From Candidatus Latescibacterota bacterium (GTDB taxonomy: Bacteria; Latescibacterota; UBA2968), in NCBI GenBank assembly GCA_965204375.1, contig OZ241986.1, forward strand, positions 704,001-768,000: a stretch of 64,000 bases of DNA, given 5' to 3'. The position numbers and the translations under genes are program-made. The first letter of the stretch is position 1. Each line of letters starts with the position of its first letter. The notes below the pieces were generated by a model. That model ran no database searches and was not told the origin of the DNA. It saw only the letters and a program-made list of their open reading frames with translations. Below are positions 16,327-25,517 of the stretch, piece by piece.

Positions 16327-17559
16327 ATGCTTACTTCCGACCTTTTGCTCGTGCGCCGCCGTGGGCCTTATATCGAGCCTCGCTATGTGGATACTACAGC
16401 GCCCAATATTATCGCGCTGGCAGAGGAAATTATCGATATCTTCTCCGATCACCAGGGCAAGTCGCGGGGTGAATTACACAGTGCGCTGGACCTGCGTGCG
16501 GCCGAGGCAACGGATTATCGCGTTCAACGCGGTCTGACGAAATTGCTCGAAGATGATCGCTGTGAGTTTCGCATTGACAGCATTGTAGAACCCGAAGAAA
16601 TTCGCACACAGGTTTTTGGTCTCAGCCGAGAGAATCACCCCGTTGTCCGCGAACCCGATCTTCTCTATCCCGTCACACGCGAACACATTCTCGGCCAGGT
16701 CGCGCTCAAATATCAGACCTCGTCGGAAAATATCGCGCATAGCCTCTACGCAGACCTTCCCGTCAATCACTATCTCGATCGCTTTGACGCCCCCGATCCC
16801 GCGTGGTTGCTCAACCGCTACAATGTCGCACTCGCGCAGGCCATGTTCTATCGCTGCACTCGCATGCGACTCTCGGTGCATCGCAACTTGCCCGTGCGCT
16901 ACAAACAACTTTTCAAGTTTATCAAATTTTATCGCTTGATTCACGACATTCGCGGAGACCGGGATGCGGGATACGAAATCGTTCTCGACGGTCCTGTGAG
17001 TCTGTTTCGTCTCTCGCAAAAATACGGCATTCAGATGGCTGTTTTTTTGCCTGCGCTGCTCCTGTGTACCCGATGGAAAATGGAAGCCAAGGTCAAGCTC
17101 AAAGACGGTCGCGAAGGCGATTTTGTCTTGGATGACAACCACAATTTGATTTCGCATTACAAAGATCAGACGGTGTACGATTCTCTTCTCGAAGAGACTT
17201 TTGCTACGCGCTTTGAAAAAGCCAAAACCGACTGGGAACTTGAACGCGAAACAGAGATTGTGAATCTCAAGAATACGGTCTTCATTCCCGATTTTATTTT
17301 TCGCCATCCCGATGGCCGCACGGCACTGCTCGAGATTGTCGGTTTCTGGCATCCCGATTATCTGAGGCGCAAACTCGACAAGCTTCGCCGCGCCAATCGC
17401 AAAGACCTCGTCGTCGCTGTTTCTCGTGATCTCAATGTCGAGGAAGAAGATTTCGAGGATGTGCCCGGGCATGTTTTCTTTTTTAAAACCCGAATCCAAC
17501 CCCAGGATGTCGCCCGACGCCTCGATCAAATTCGCCCTGAAGATTGCGTAAATGATTGA
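16327..17559 (+). CDS. DUF790 / Bax1-like endonuclease
   Basis: MLTSDLL, LYADL, RYNVALAQ, LDGPVSLF..SQKYG, FIPDF...LEIVGFWHPDYL (PD-(D/E)xK-like). Confidence 0.88.
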   Translation: MLTSDLLLVRRRGPYIEPRYVDTTAPNIIALAEEIIDIFSDHQGKSRGELHSALDLRAAEATDYRVQRGLTKLLEDDRCEFRIDSIVEPEEIRTQVFGLSRENHPVVREPDLLYPVTREHILGQVALKYQTSSENIAHSLYADLPVNHYLDRFDAPDPAWLLNRYNVALAQAMFYRCTRMRLSVHRNLPVRYKQLFKFIKFYRLIHDIRGDRDAGYEIVLDGPVSLFRLSQKYGIQMAVFLPALLLCTRWKMEAKVKLKDGREGDFVLDDNHNLISHYKDQTVYDSLLEETFATRFEKAKTDWELERETEIVNLKNTVFIPDFIFRHPDGRTALLEIVGFWHPDYLRRKLDKLRRANRKDLVVAVSRDLNVEEEDFEDVPGHVFFFKTRIQPQDVARRLDQIRPEDCVND

Positions 17560-17668
17560 ACATTGCGCGGGGAAATTGTATATTTGAAACTTCTATCCTG
17601 TTCACAGCATCCCAAAATAGACAGACCTGCAAAATTCACAACACGGTTCACTTTCAAAGGAGTGCATT

Positions 17669-20566
17669 ATGCGGAAATTATTCGCCCTTACCCTTTTCGC
17701 TCTTACACTGATCGCTTCGCCTGTATTCGCGGGGTTTACGCGCGTTAATGCGCCCAATCCCGACGATCCGATGGATGTACACATTTACAAACTCGACAAT
17801 GGTCTCACCGTTTATCTCACTGAAAACCACGAGGAACCGCGATTTTATGCCGAAATCCCCGTGCGTGCGGGAAGTAAACACGATCCCGACGAATCTACGG
17901 GTCTGGCACATTATTTGGAACACATGCTTTTTAAGGGCACGCAAAATATCGGGACGTTGGATTACAAAAAAGAAAAAATTCACATCGATCGCATTATCGC
18001 GCTCTACGAAGATCACTTTCGGGAAACCGATCCCAAAAAACGCAAGGCCATTTATGCAGAGATCAACAAAGCTTCTCAACAGGCAGCACAATACGCTATA
18101 CCGAACGAACTCGACAAGCTCTACAAAGCTATGGGCGAGAGTGGCTTGAATGCACATACATGGCACGAAGAAACCGTGTACAAAGTGGGGTTGCCCAGCA
18201 ATTATCTCAAACACTGGGCAAAAATTGAGTCCGAACGGTTTCAAAACCCCGTGTTTCGCCTGTTTCAACCCGAGCTCGAAGTGGTATATGAAGAAAAGAA
18301 TCGCACATTGGACAACAAGGGCTGGCTCATCAGCGAGGCTGTGAATAAACATCTATACAAAAAGCATCCCTACGGCCAGCAAACCACGATCGGCGAGGTT
18401 GAGCATCTCAAAAACCCCTCGCTCAAAAATATGTACCAGTTTTACGACACGTATTACGTGCCCAACAATATGGCGATTTGTATTTCTGGAGATATTGACA
18501 TTGACGCGACGATTAAACTGATAGATGAACATTTCTCAGCGTGGAAAGCCAAAGATATTCCCGCGCTCCAAACATGGGAAGAACCGGCGATTAAAGGTGC
18601 CGAGCGCGTCACGGTCAAATTTCAGGGCGAAGAATACGTACTTCTGGCCTTTCGCACAAACCATCGCAGCCACAAAGACGCCGAGGCTCTAAAGCTGATT
18701 GATATGATCCTGGACAATCGCACTGCGGGGCTTATCAATCTCAATCTCGTGCAGCAGCAGAGAGTGAGACGCGCGGGAAGCTATCCCTATTTACTCAATG
18801 ATTATGGCACGCAATATCTGTGGGGCATTCCGAAAAAAGATCAAACACTCGCCGAAGTTGAGCAACTTCTGCTGGATCAAATTGCCATGATCAAACGCGG
18901 GGAATTTGACGAAAGTCTGCTGTCTGCAATTGTCACGGATTTCAAAAAGAATCAAAAGCGGGGTTTGGAATCCAATCGCAGCCGGGTCAGGCAAATGACC
19001 AGTGCGTTTTTGGGATTTGCCGAATGGGATCAAGAGGTGGCTGAAATTGCTCGTATGGAAAAAATCACGCGGGAAGATATTATCCGCGTAGCCAATCATT
19101 ATTTTGGCGAGGACTATGTTGCGGGGTATCGCATTGACGAACAACACGAATTGCCTAAGATTGATAAGCCCAAAATCGACAAAATTGATATTGATCCGAC
19201 TCGGCAATCCGAATTTGCAAAAGATGTACTGGCTATGTCTGCCGATGAGCTTTCTCCCGTTTTTGTCACCGATAAAGACTACACCATTACACAAGTGCGG
19301 GATGGCGTAAAACTCTATTATGTGAAAAATCCGGTTAATGATCTTTTCACTTTTACGCTCAGCGTAGATATGGGCACGTATCAGGATAACCGACTCGGTA
19401 CGGCCAGGTCGCTCCTGGACAAATCCGGTGCTGGCGACCTGGCTCCCAATGCGCTGAAGAGAGAATGGTACAAACTGGGTACGGATTTCAATATTGGCGT
19501 GTCAGATAATGAGACCAATATCAGGATCTCCGGCTTAGATGAAAATTTTGCGGCGTCTCTTGCGCTGATGATGAAATATATCCAGAACCCGACTGCGGAT
19601 CAGGCTACGCTCGATGAACTCGTCAAAATTACCCTCGCGCAACGCGAAGATCAAAAGAAAGACCCTCGATCTCTGCGCAATGCCCTGCGTTTCTACAGTC
19701 GCTATGGCGACAATTCGTTGTATAAACGCAGTATCTCGTCTGAAGCATTGCAAAAGCTCACGGTTGCAGAATTACACGGTTTGATATCCAGCCTGCCGAC
19801 CTATCAACATGCTCTGATTTACGGGGGTTCCAGGCCGCTGGACGAGGTTCTTGCGATACTGCAAAAACATTTCTCTGACAGTGGCGAATTGAAGACGCCC
19901 CCCGCTTATGAGTATCTGAAGGTTCACGCACCAGACAAAACCGAGATTCGATTCTTTCACAAAGAAACGGCCCAGTCGCAGGTCTTTGTCGAATTTGGAG
20001 GCGTTGCGTTTGATACGGCACTCCGTCCAGCTATTGATCTCTACAACGATTATTTTGCCGGGGGTATGTCGGGCATTGTTTTTCAGGAATTGCGCGAAGC
20101 CCGCGCACTGGCGTATTCTACATTTGCGCGGTATGACCTCGGCGGACGCAGCAATGATCAGAATGTCATGTGGGGGTATATTGGCTGCCAGGTGGACAAA
20201 ACCCCCGAAGCTGTTGCTGCGCTGGTCGAGTTGATTGACGATTTGCCCGAATCGCCCGAGCGTTTTGTAGAGGCGAAAAATTCTGTGGTCAATCGCTATC
20301 GCGTCGCCAAGATTAAATACCGTGAATTACCAGGCGTGTTGCGTATTTGGGAACACCGCAACCAGACGCCCGATCCGCGAAAAGAGCGGTTTGGTCACAT
20401 TCTCCAGGCTGAGATGCCGATTGTGTTCGATTTTCACAAGCAACATATTGCCAAACGCCCCAAACTTATCTCTATTATGGGCGATACGACCAAATTTGAT
20501 CTCAATAGTCTGAGCACTCTCGGCACGGTTACGCCCGTGACATTGGATGATTTGTTTGTGGATTAG
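17669..20566 (+). CDS. Secreted M16 (insulinase) zinc peptidase
   Basis: Signal peptide; GLAHYLEHMLFKG (HxxEH); FQELREARALAYS. Confidence 0.93.
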   Translation: MRKLFALTLFALTLIASPVFAGFTRVNAPNPDDPMDVHIYKLDNGLTVYLTENHEEPRFYAEIPVRAGSKHDPDESTGLAHYLEHMLFKGTQNIGTLDYKKEKIHIDRIIALYEDHFRETDPKKRKAIYAEINKASQQAAQYAIPNELDKLYKAMGESGLNAHTWHEETVYKVGLPSNYLKHWAKIESERFQNPVFRLFQPELEVVYEEKNRTLDNKGWLISEAVNKHLYKKHPYGQQTTIGEVEHLKNPSLKNMYQFYDTYYVPNNMAICISGDIDIDATIKLIDEHFSAWKAKDIPALQTWEEPAIKGAERVTVKFQGEEYVLLAFRTNHRSHKDAEALKLIDMILDNRTAGLINLNLVQQQRVRRAGSYPYLLNDYGTQYLWGIPKKDQTLAEVEQLLLDQIAMIKRGEFDESLLSAIVTDFKKNQKRGLESNRSRVRQMTSAFLGFAEWDQEVAEIARMEKITREDIIRVANHYFGEDYVAGYRIDEQHELPKIDKPKIDKIDIDPTRQSEFAKDVLAMSADELSPVFVTDKDYTITQVRDGVKLYYVKNPVNDLFTFTLSVDMGTYQDNRLGTARSLLDKSGAGDLAPNALKREWYKLGTDFNIGVSDNETNIRISGLDENFAASLALMMKYIQNPTADQATLDELVKITLAQREDQKKDPRSLRNALRFYSRYGDNSLYKRSISSEALQKLTVAELHGLISSLPTYQHALIYGGSRPLDEVLAILQKHFSDSGELKTPPAYEYLKVHAPDKTEIRFFHKETAQSQVFVEFGGVAFDTALRPAIDLYNDYFAGGMSGIVFQELREARALAYSTFARYDLGGRSNDQNVMWGYIGCQVDKTPEAVAALVELIDDLPESPERFVEAKNSVVNRYRVAKIKYRELPGVLRIWEHRNQTPDPRKERFGHILQAEMPIVFDFHKQHIAKRPKLISIMGDTTKFDLNSLSTLGTVTPVTLDDLFVD

Positions 20567-20582
20567 CCCAAAGGATTTATAG

Positions 20583-21674
20583 ATGAAGATCACCGAGGTA
20601 AAAACATATCATTTGCGATACCCATTGCGAGAGAAGTTCGCGATTTCGAGGGGATGGTCCACGAGCCGGCAGGCGCAAGTCGTGGAGATTGCTACAGATA
20701 ATGGCTTGATTGGGTGGGGTGAGGGTACAGGCGAAGTCCATCAATCTGCGATTGATACACATATTGTGGGGCGCAGTCCGTTTGATTGTGGCGCGATCTA
20801 TCAGGCGTTGTCCGATGATGGGGTAAGCCCGAAGGCAATCAGTGGGATAGATATTGCGCTGTGGGATTTGATGGGCAAGGCTCTCGATATGCCGGTGTAT
20901 CAATTATTGGGGGGGAAGGTGAGAGACAAGATTCCCGCGTATGCTACCGGGTTATTTTGCATAGACCGCCCGGATGTGACACAAGCACTTGTCGATGAAG
21001 CAAAAGGGTATGTCGATATGGGTTTTTCAGCGATGAAAATGAAGATCGGATTTGGTGCTGATTACGATGTGAAAAATGTAGAGGCAGTTCGGCAGGCGAT
21101 AGGCGACGATGTGTTGTTTGCCGTGGATGCCAATTGTGGGTATGATGTGGGTACGGCTATTGATGTGGGGCTCAAGATCGCGCACAATGATTTGTTCTGG
21201 TATGAAGAGCCGATACCAACAGATGATGTGCGCGGGTATTTGCAGGTGAAAGATGCGTTGCCTATACGCATTGCGGGCGCGGAAGGGCTGGGTGGACGTT
21301 GGGCATTCCGCGAGTTGATCCAGCAGCGGGCACTTGATATTGTACAGCCCGATATCAGTATTGCAGGTGGGTTTAGCGAGTGTCGCATTATTGCGGCGAT
21401 GGCGAGCGCAAATTATGTGCGGGTTTTGCCGCATATGTGGGGCAGTCATATTCGGTTGGCGGCGACTGTCCACTGGCAGGCGACTATTCCCGATGCGCCG
21501 GATGCGTTGAACCCTATTCCGTCCCTGTTTGAATACGATATGACGGAGAATGAGTTGCGAACGGAGTTGGCCGTGAATCCGATCCAGGCTATAGATGGCG
21601 AAGTGCCTGTGCCCGATGCACCGGGACTGGGCATTGAGATTGATCGAGATGTGTTGGAAAAATACGCTGTTTGA
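20583..21674 (+). CDS. Mandelate racemase/muconate lactonizing enzyme family protein
   Basis: SGIDIALWDL.GK, KMKIG, VDAN, WYEEP, GAE, QPD, PGLGIE. Confidence 0.92.
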   Translation: MKITEVKTYHLRYPLREKFAISRGWSTSRQAQVVEIATDNGLIGWGEGTGEVHQSAIDTHIVGRSPFDCGAIYQALSDDGVSPKAISGIDIALWDLMGKALDMPVYQLLGGKVRDKIPAYATGLFCIDRPDVTQALVDEAKGYVDMGFSAMKMKIGFGADYDVKNVEAVRQAIGDDVLFAVDANCGYDVGTAIDVGLKIAHNDLFWYEEPIPTDDVRGYLQVKDALPIRIAGAEGLGGRWAFRELIQQRALDIVQPDISIAGGFSECRIIAAMASANYVRVLPHMWGSHIRLAATVHWQATIPDAPDALNPIPSLFEYDMTENELRTELAVNPIQAIDGEVPVPDAPGLGIEIDRDVLEKYAV

Positions 21675-21708
21675 GTTGGCGTTTGATAACTAACTACAAG
21701 GGAGTAAG

Positions 21709-22875
21709 ATGAAAATTCACGAATATCAGGCTAAAGAAATTCTCAGATCTTTTGGTGTGCCCGTGCCAAATGGGGCGGTTGCTCGCACGGCCGTAGAGGC
21801 CGAAGCGATTGCCAGAGATCTCGGTGGGGCAGTGGTTGTCAAAGCGCAGATCCACGCAGGGGGCCGCGGCAAAGGGGGCGGTATTAAACTCGCATCCAAT
21901 CCTGCCGAAGCCAGAGAAGTGGCATCCGAAATTATTGGCATGCAACTCGTTACCCCGCAAACGGGTTCTGAGGGGCAAAAAGTCAAATCTGTTTGGGTGG
22001 AAAATGCGACGGATATTGACCGCGAATTATATTTGGGTATTGTGCTGGACCGCGCGCAGTCGCGTCTGGTCGTTATGGCTTCCCGTGCGGGTGGCATGGA
22101 CATTGAAGAGGTGGCTGCAACGACTCCGGAAAAAATTCTCAAAGAGGTCGTTCATCCAGGAGTGGGACTCCAGCCCTTTCAGGCGCGGCATCTCGCACTC
22201 GGTCTGGGTCTTGAAGGCGATCAACTCAAACAGGGGGTCGCATTTATCTCTGCTCTTTACAGAGCCTATGAGGAGACCGATTGTTCGCTCGCAGAAATCA
22301 ATCCTCTCGTGGTGTCCAAAAGCGGTGAAGTTCTGGCACTGGATGCCAAGATGAATTTCGATGATAGTGCGATGTATCGCCATTCCGATATTCAGACATT
22401 GCGCGATGTTGACGAGGAAGATCCGCTTGAAGTCGAAGCCTCAAAATACGATCTCAATTATATCAAACTCGACGGCGAAGTCGGTTGTATGGTCAATGGC
22501 GCAGGTCTGGCGATGGCTACGATGGATATTGTCAAATACGCGGGGTCGTCACCGGCAAACTTTCTCGATGTTGGCGGGGGAACCAATGTCGAGCGCGTCA
22601 AAAATGCGATGCGTATTCTCACGTCCGACGAATCGGTCAAAGCGGTGCTGATCAATATTTTTGGCGGTATTGTGCGCTGCGACCGCGTGGCCGAAGGCGT
22701 TGTTGCCGCGCTTGAAGATATCGAAATCAATGTGCCGCTGGTGGTGCGATTGCAGGGGACCAACGCCGAAGAAGGCGCGCAAATTCTCGAGAATTCAGGC
22801 CTTGAATTTACTGTTGCCCGAAAGCTCCAGGAAGCTGCCGAAGGCGTTGTTGCCGCGGTTCAAGATGCCGCGTAA
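21709..22875 (+). CDS. sucC: Succinyl-CoA ligase beta subunit
   Basis: MKIHEYQAKE, KAQIHAGGRGKGGG, NGAGLAMATMD, NFLDVGGG, NIFGGIVRCD. Confidence 0.97.
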   Translation: MKIHEYQAKEILRSFGVPVPNGAVARTAVEAEAIARDLGGAVVVKAQIHAGGRGKGGGIKLASNPAEAREVASEIIGMQLVTPQTGSEGQKVKSVWVENATDIDRELYLGIVLDRAQSRLVVMASRAGGMDIEEVAATTPEKILKEVVHPGVGLQPFQARHLALGLGLEGDQLKQGVAFISALYRAYEETDCSLAEINPLVVSKSGEVLALDAKMNFDDSAMYRHSDIQTLRDVDEEDPLEVEASKYDLNYIKLDGEVGCMVNGAGLAMATMDIVKYAGSSPANFLDVGGGTNVERVKNAMRILTSDESVKAVLINIFGGIVRCDRVAEGVVAALEDIEINVPLVVRLQGTNAEEGAQILENSGLEFTVARKLQEAAEGVVAAVQDAA

Positions 22876-22894
22876 CCCACTGCCCCAAAAAAAT

Positions 22895-22933
22895 AACAGG
22901 AGCGTATTGATGACAGTGCGCTCCTGTTTGTTA
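22895..22933 (+). terminator. Intrinsic terminator after sucC
   Basis: AACAGGAGCGTATTG-ATGA-CAGTGCGCTCCTGTT hairpin followed by a T-rich tract. Confidence 0.7.
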
Positions 22934-22942
22934 TGCCTTATA

Positions 22943-22977
22943 TTGACAATATGGCAACAATCCAGACAATATGGCAA
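22943..22977 (+). promoter_or_regulatory. 13-bp direct repeat overlapping a TTGACA hexamer in the AT-rich leader of the ubiquitin-like operon
   Basis: GACAATATGGCAA at 22945-22957 and 22965-22977. Confidence 0.5.
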
Positions 22978-23203
22978 GTTTTTCAAAATTGTACAAATCT
23001 CTAACAGAAAATAAATATTTGTTTTATATTAAATTACAAATTTTCGGATTTTGTGGTATATATATTGCTTTATTAATTACCGTTCATTATCATATGTACT
23101 CTATCCAAGAGGTGCAATCTTATGAAGGTGATAAACACTTCAGACAGTTTTGCATTACATTTGTTTCAAACCATTTGAGTTTGATTGAATTTAGGAGAAA
23201 AAA

Positions 23204-23665
23204 ATGAGCGAGAACATTAAGTATTTTATAGACGGTAAAGTTTTCACTACCTACGAATCTGAACTGACTATCGACAAGATACTAGATGAGGTGGGCCTGT
23301 CAGCTAATCAATATTATGTCGTTTCAAAGGATGGCATTGAGTATCGTGATCCTGATCAGACCATCAAGATCAATAACGGCGACTCTTTTGAGACAAGAAA
23401 ACACGAAGACTCACAAACAATGGATCAGGCCATTCGCTACAAAGTGAACGGAGAGGAACAAACAACGACAGAAAATCCCCTCACTGTGGAGATGATTCTA
23501 CGAAACGCCGGTGCTGCTGCTAGCATTGATGTTACACAAATCAACAGTTACTTTCTGGAAAACTTGGCTAGTGGTCACAAGTATGAGAACCTCACAGATA
23601 GGGTTACTATTAAAGAAGACGATCAGTTTTTAGCCGTTCACGTCGGTAGGACACCTGTGGCATGA
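23204..23665 (+). CDS. Multi-ubiquitin-like protein (two beta-grasp domains)
   Basis: Two repeats: IKYFIDG...LTIDKILDEVG...IKINNGDSF and IRYKVNG...LTVEMILRNAG...VTIKEDDQF; ends VGRTPVA; AGGAG RBS. Confidence 0.75.
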   Translation: MSENIKYFIDGKVFTTYESELTIDKILDEVGLSANQYYVVSKDGIEYRDPDQTIKINNGDSFETRKHEDSQTMDQAIRYKVNGEEQTTTENPLTVEMILRNAGAAASIDVTQINSYFLENLASGHKYENLTDRVTIKEDDQFLAVHVGRTPVA

Positions 23666-24042
23666 GTGATTTAAATAAAATCAATAGTGAACTCAGCGAA
23701 CTTGGATTTACACCGCAGATTGTACATTTCCCTGAATTTGGCAGTGGCGAGGCTGTTGTAATCGGCTATCCCGTGACCACTGGCCGGTACAAAGGTCAGA
23801 CTTTCAAGATCGGTATCAGTTTTCAAGAGGGCGGATATCCGGAATATCCCCCACACTTTCTACATGTCCAGACTCTTCCTGCATCGCTCTTTCCGGAATA
23901 TAGTCGTCATCGTTATGCTCACTCGGATTGGTCCGTCTTTAGCGTCCCCCCAAGTGACTTCTGGGACAATCTTCCATTGGAAAAAAAGAACATGAAGACA
24001 TATCTCAACAGACACTTGACGCGGTTCTGGAACCAGATATGA
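23662..24042 (+). CDS. Prokaryotic E2/UBC-like protein lacking cysteine
   Basis: GYPEYPPHFLH (UBC-type YPxxPP), WSVFS, terminal helix MKTYLNRHL; lies between the Ubl and E1 genes; ATGA overlaps at both ends. Confidence 0.65.
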   Translation: MSDLNKINSELSELGFTPQIVHFPEFGSGEAVVIGYPVTTGRYKGQTFKIGISFQEGGYPEYPPHFLHVQTLPASLFPEYSRHRYAHSDWSVFSVPPSDFWDNLPLEKKNMKTYLNRHLTRFWNQI

Positions 24043-25517
24043 AATATGAAGCTGTCTTGACCGAGACTATACACGAGGAGGCTTGTAACTTTCTTCTCAA
24101 GCACGTCCGCGAGGGCCGAAGACAGGAAGAACTTTGTTTCGCTCTATGGCGACCAAGTACCGGGGCGACGCGGAAGTCTGCTCTAATATTTGAGATTGTT
24201 CTACCCCGAGACAACGAACGTGATCTCCACGGGAATGTGAGCTTCGACGCCAGCTATCTGACGCGTGCCATAAGACTTGCCTCGTCAAAACAGGCAGGTT
24301 TGGCCTTCATGCACAATCACTTTGGCCCAGGTTGGCAGGGCATGAGCGAACCCGATGTGATTGCGGAACGCGATCGCATTTCCCCGCCTGCCCGCGCTAG
24401 CGGATTACCCTTGGTGGGCCTGACATTGGGAAGCGATTGCAGTTGGAGCGCAAGGTTCTGGACATGGGATAACAGACAATTTAATCGTTCGTGGTGCGAT
24501 AAGGTCAGGGTAGTCGGGCGTAAAATGAGGATCACTTTCAACGACCGCCTGATGCCTCCGCCCGAGAGGCAACCCGCGCTACGCCGGACTATCGATACTT
24601 GGGGAAAAGCGAGGCAACGCGATATCGCTCGCCTCCGGGTCGGTATCGTCGGCGTTGGAAGTGTCGGATGCATGGTGGCTGAAGCCTTGGCAAGAATCGG
24701 CGTCGAGAATCTCGTTTTGATTGATCCAGATAAAATAGAAACGCACAACCTTGACCGGCTATTATACGCAACCCATCAGGACATCGGAAAGCATAAGGTG
24801 CAATTAGCTTCAGATCACTTAAAGCACAGTGCCACGGCTGCCAACTTCAAGGTTCAGGCGCATGCGGAGGGGATTCAAACAGAGAGTTGCTATCTGGCTG
24901 CACTCGATTGCGATGTTCTGTTCTCCGCAGTGGACCGTCCCCTACCGAAGGATCTCCTCAACCGTATCGCCTATTCTCATTGTATTCCTGTAATTTCGGG
25001 TGGGGTTTTCATCGACAACAAATCCAACGGAACTATGGGACAAGCCGCGTGGAGTGTCGTGACCGCTGGTCCAGTTCGGCGTTGTCTCCGGTGTGACGGT
25101 CAATACACTACGTCGGATGTAACGATGGAACGAGACGGTTCCTTGGATGATCCCAGCTACATCGCCGTTGCGAAGACAGAAGGAGATACGCCTACGAATC
25201 AGAACGTTTTCCCATTCAGTGCTAACTTGGCGAGTTTTATGGTCATTGAAATGATTCGTCTGATCGTGGCTGAAAGCTGGTGGCCAGATGCTGGTGGCAA
25301 GTTGCACTACACCCTTATTCCTAATCGATTAACCATCTCGCAGGAAGCCTGCACCCCCAGCTGTTCGGTGTGTGCGAAAACCATGCACGGAGATCAGGAC
25401 GCTTATCCGTTCATTGTCAAGGTCTGCGAGGACTCAACGCGCTCGGCGTTGAGAAAACTGCTCGGTTCCGCCTGGAATAGACTCCGGGTTTTATTGCGTA
25501 ATAGGAGGCACCAATGA
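24039..25517 (+). CDS. JAB/JAMM peptidase - ThiF/E1 adenylation domain fusion
   Basis: N-terminal EELCFA and HNH-x8-S-xx-D; VGIVGVGSVG, IDPDKIETHNLDR, SAVD, CLRC and C-terminal CSVC zinc ligands. Confidence 0.85.
   Translation: MKYEAVLTETIHEEACNFLLKHVREGRRQEELCFALWRPSTGATRKSALIFEIVLPRDNERDLHGNVSFDASYLTRAIRLASSKQAGLAFMHNHFGPGWQGMSEPDVIAERDRISPPARASGLPLVGLTLGSDCSWSARFWTWDNRQFNRSWCDKVRVVGRKMRITFNDRLMPPPERQPALRRTIDTWGKARQRDIARLRVGIVGVGSVGCMVAEALARIGVENLVLIDPDKIETHNLDRLLYATHQDIGKHKVQLASDHLKHSATAANFKVQAHAEGIQTESCYLAALDCDVLFSAVDRPLPKDLLNRIAYSHCIPVISGGVFIDNKSNGTMGQAAWSVVTAGPVRRCLRCDGQYTTSDVTMERDGSLDDPSYIAVAKTEGDTPTNQNVFPFSANLASFMVIEMIRLIVAESWWPDAGGKLHYTLIPNRLTISQEACTPSCSVCAKTMHGDQDAYPFIVKVCEDSTRSALRKLLGSAWNRLRVLLRNRRHQ

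Noticed and set aside
16474-17529. 351-aa antisense ORF
   Set aside because: It mirrors the DUF790 gene and has no motifs.
23204-25517. Operon as ThiS/ThiF or MoaD/MoeB cofactor biosynthesis, or as CBASS cap2/cap3
   Set aside because: There are no thiamine or molybdopterin genes, no terminal GG and no CD-NTase; the E2-like gene and two-domain Ubl argue for conjugation.
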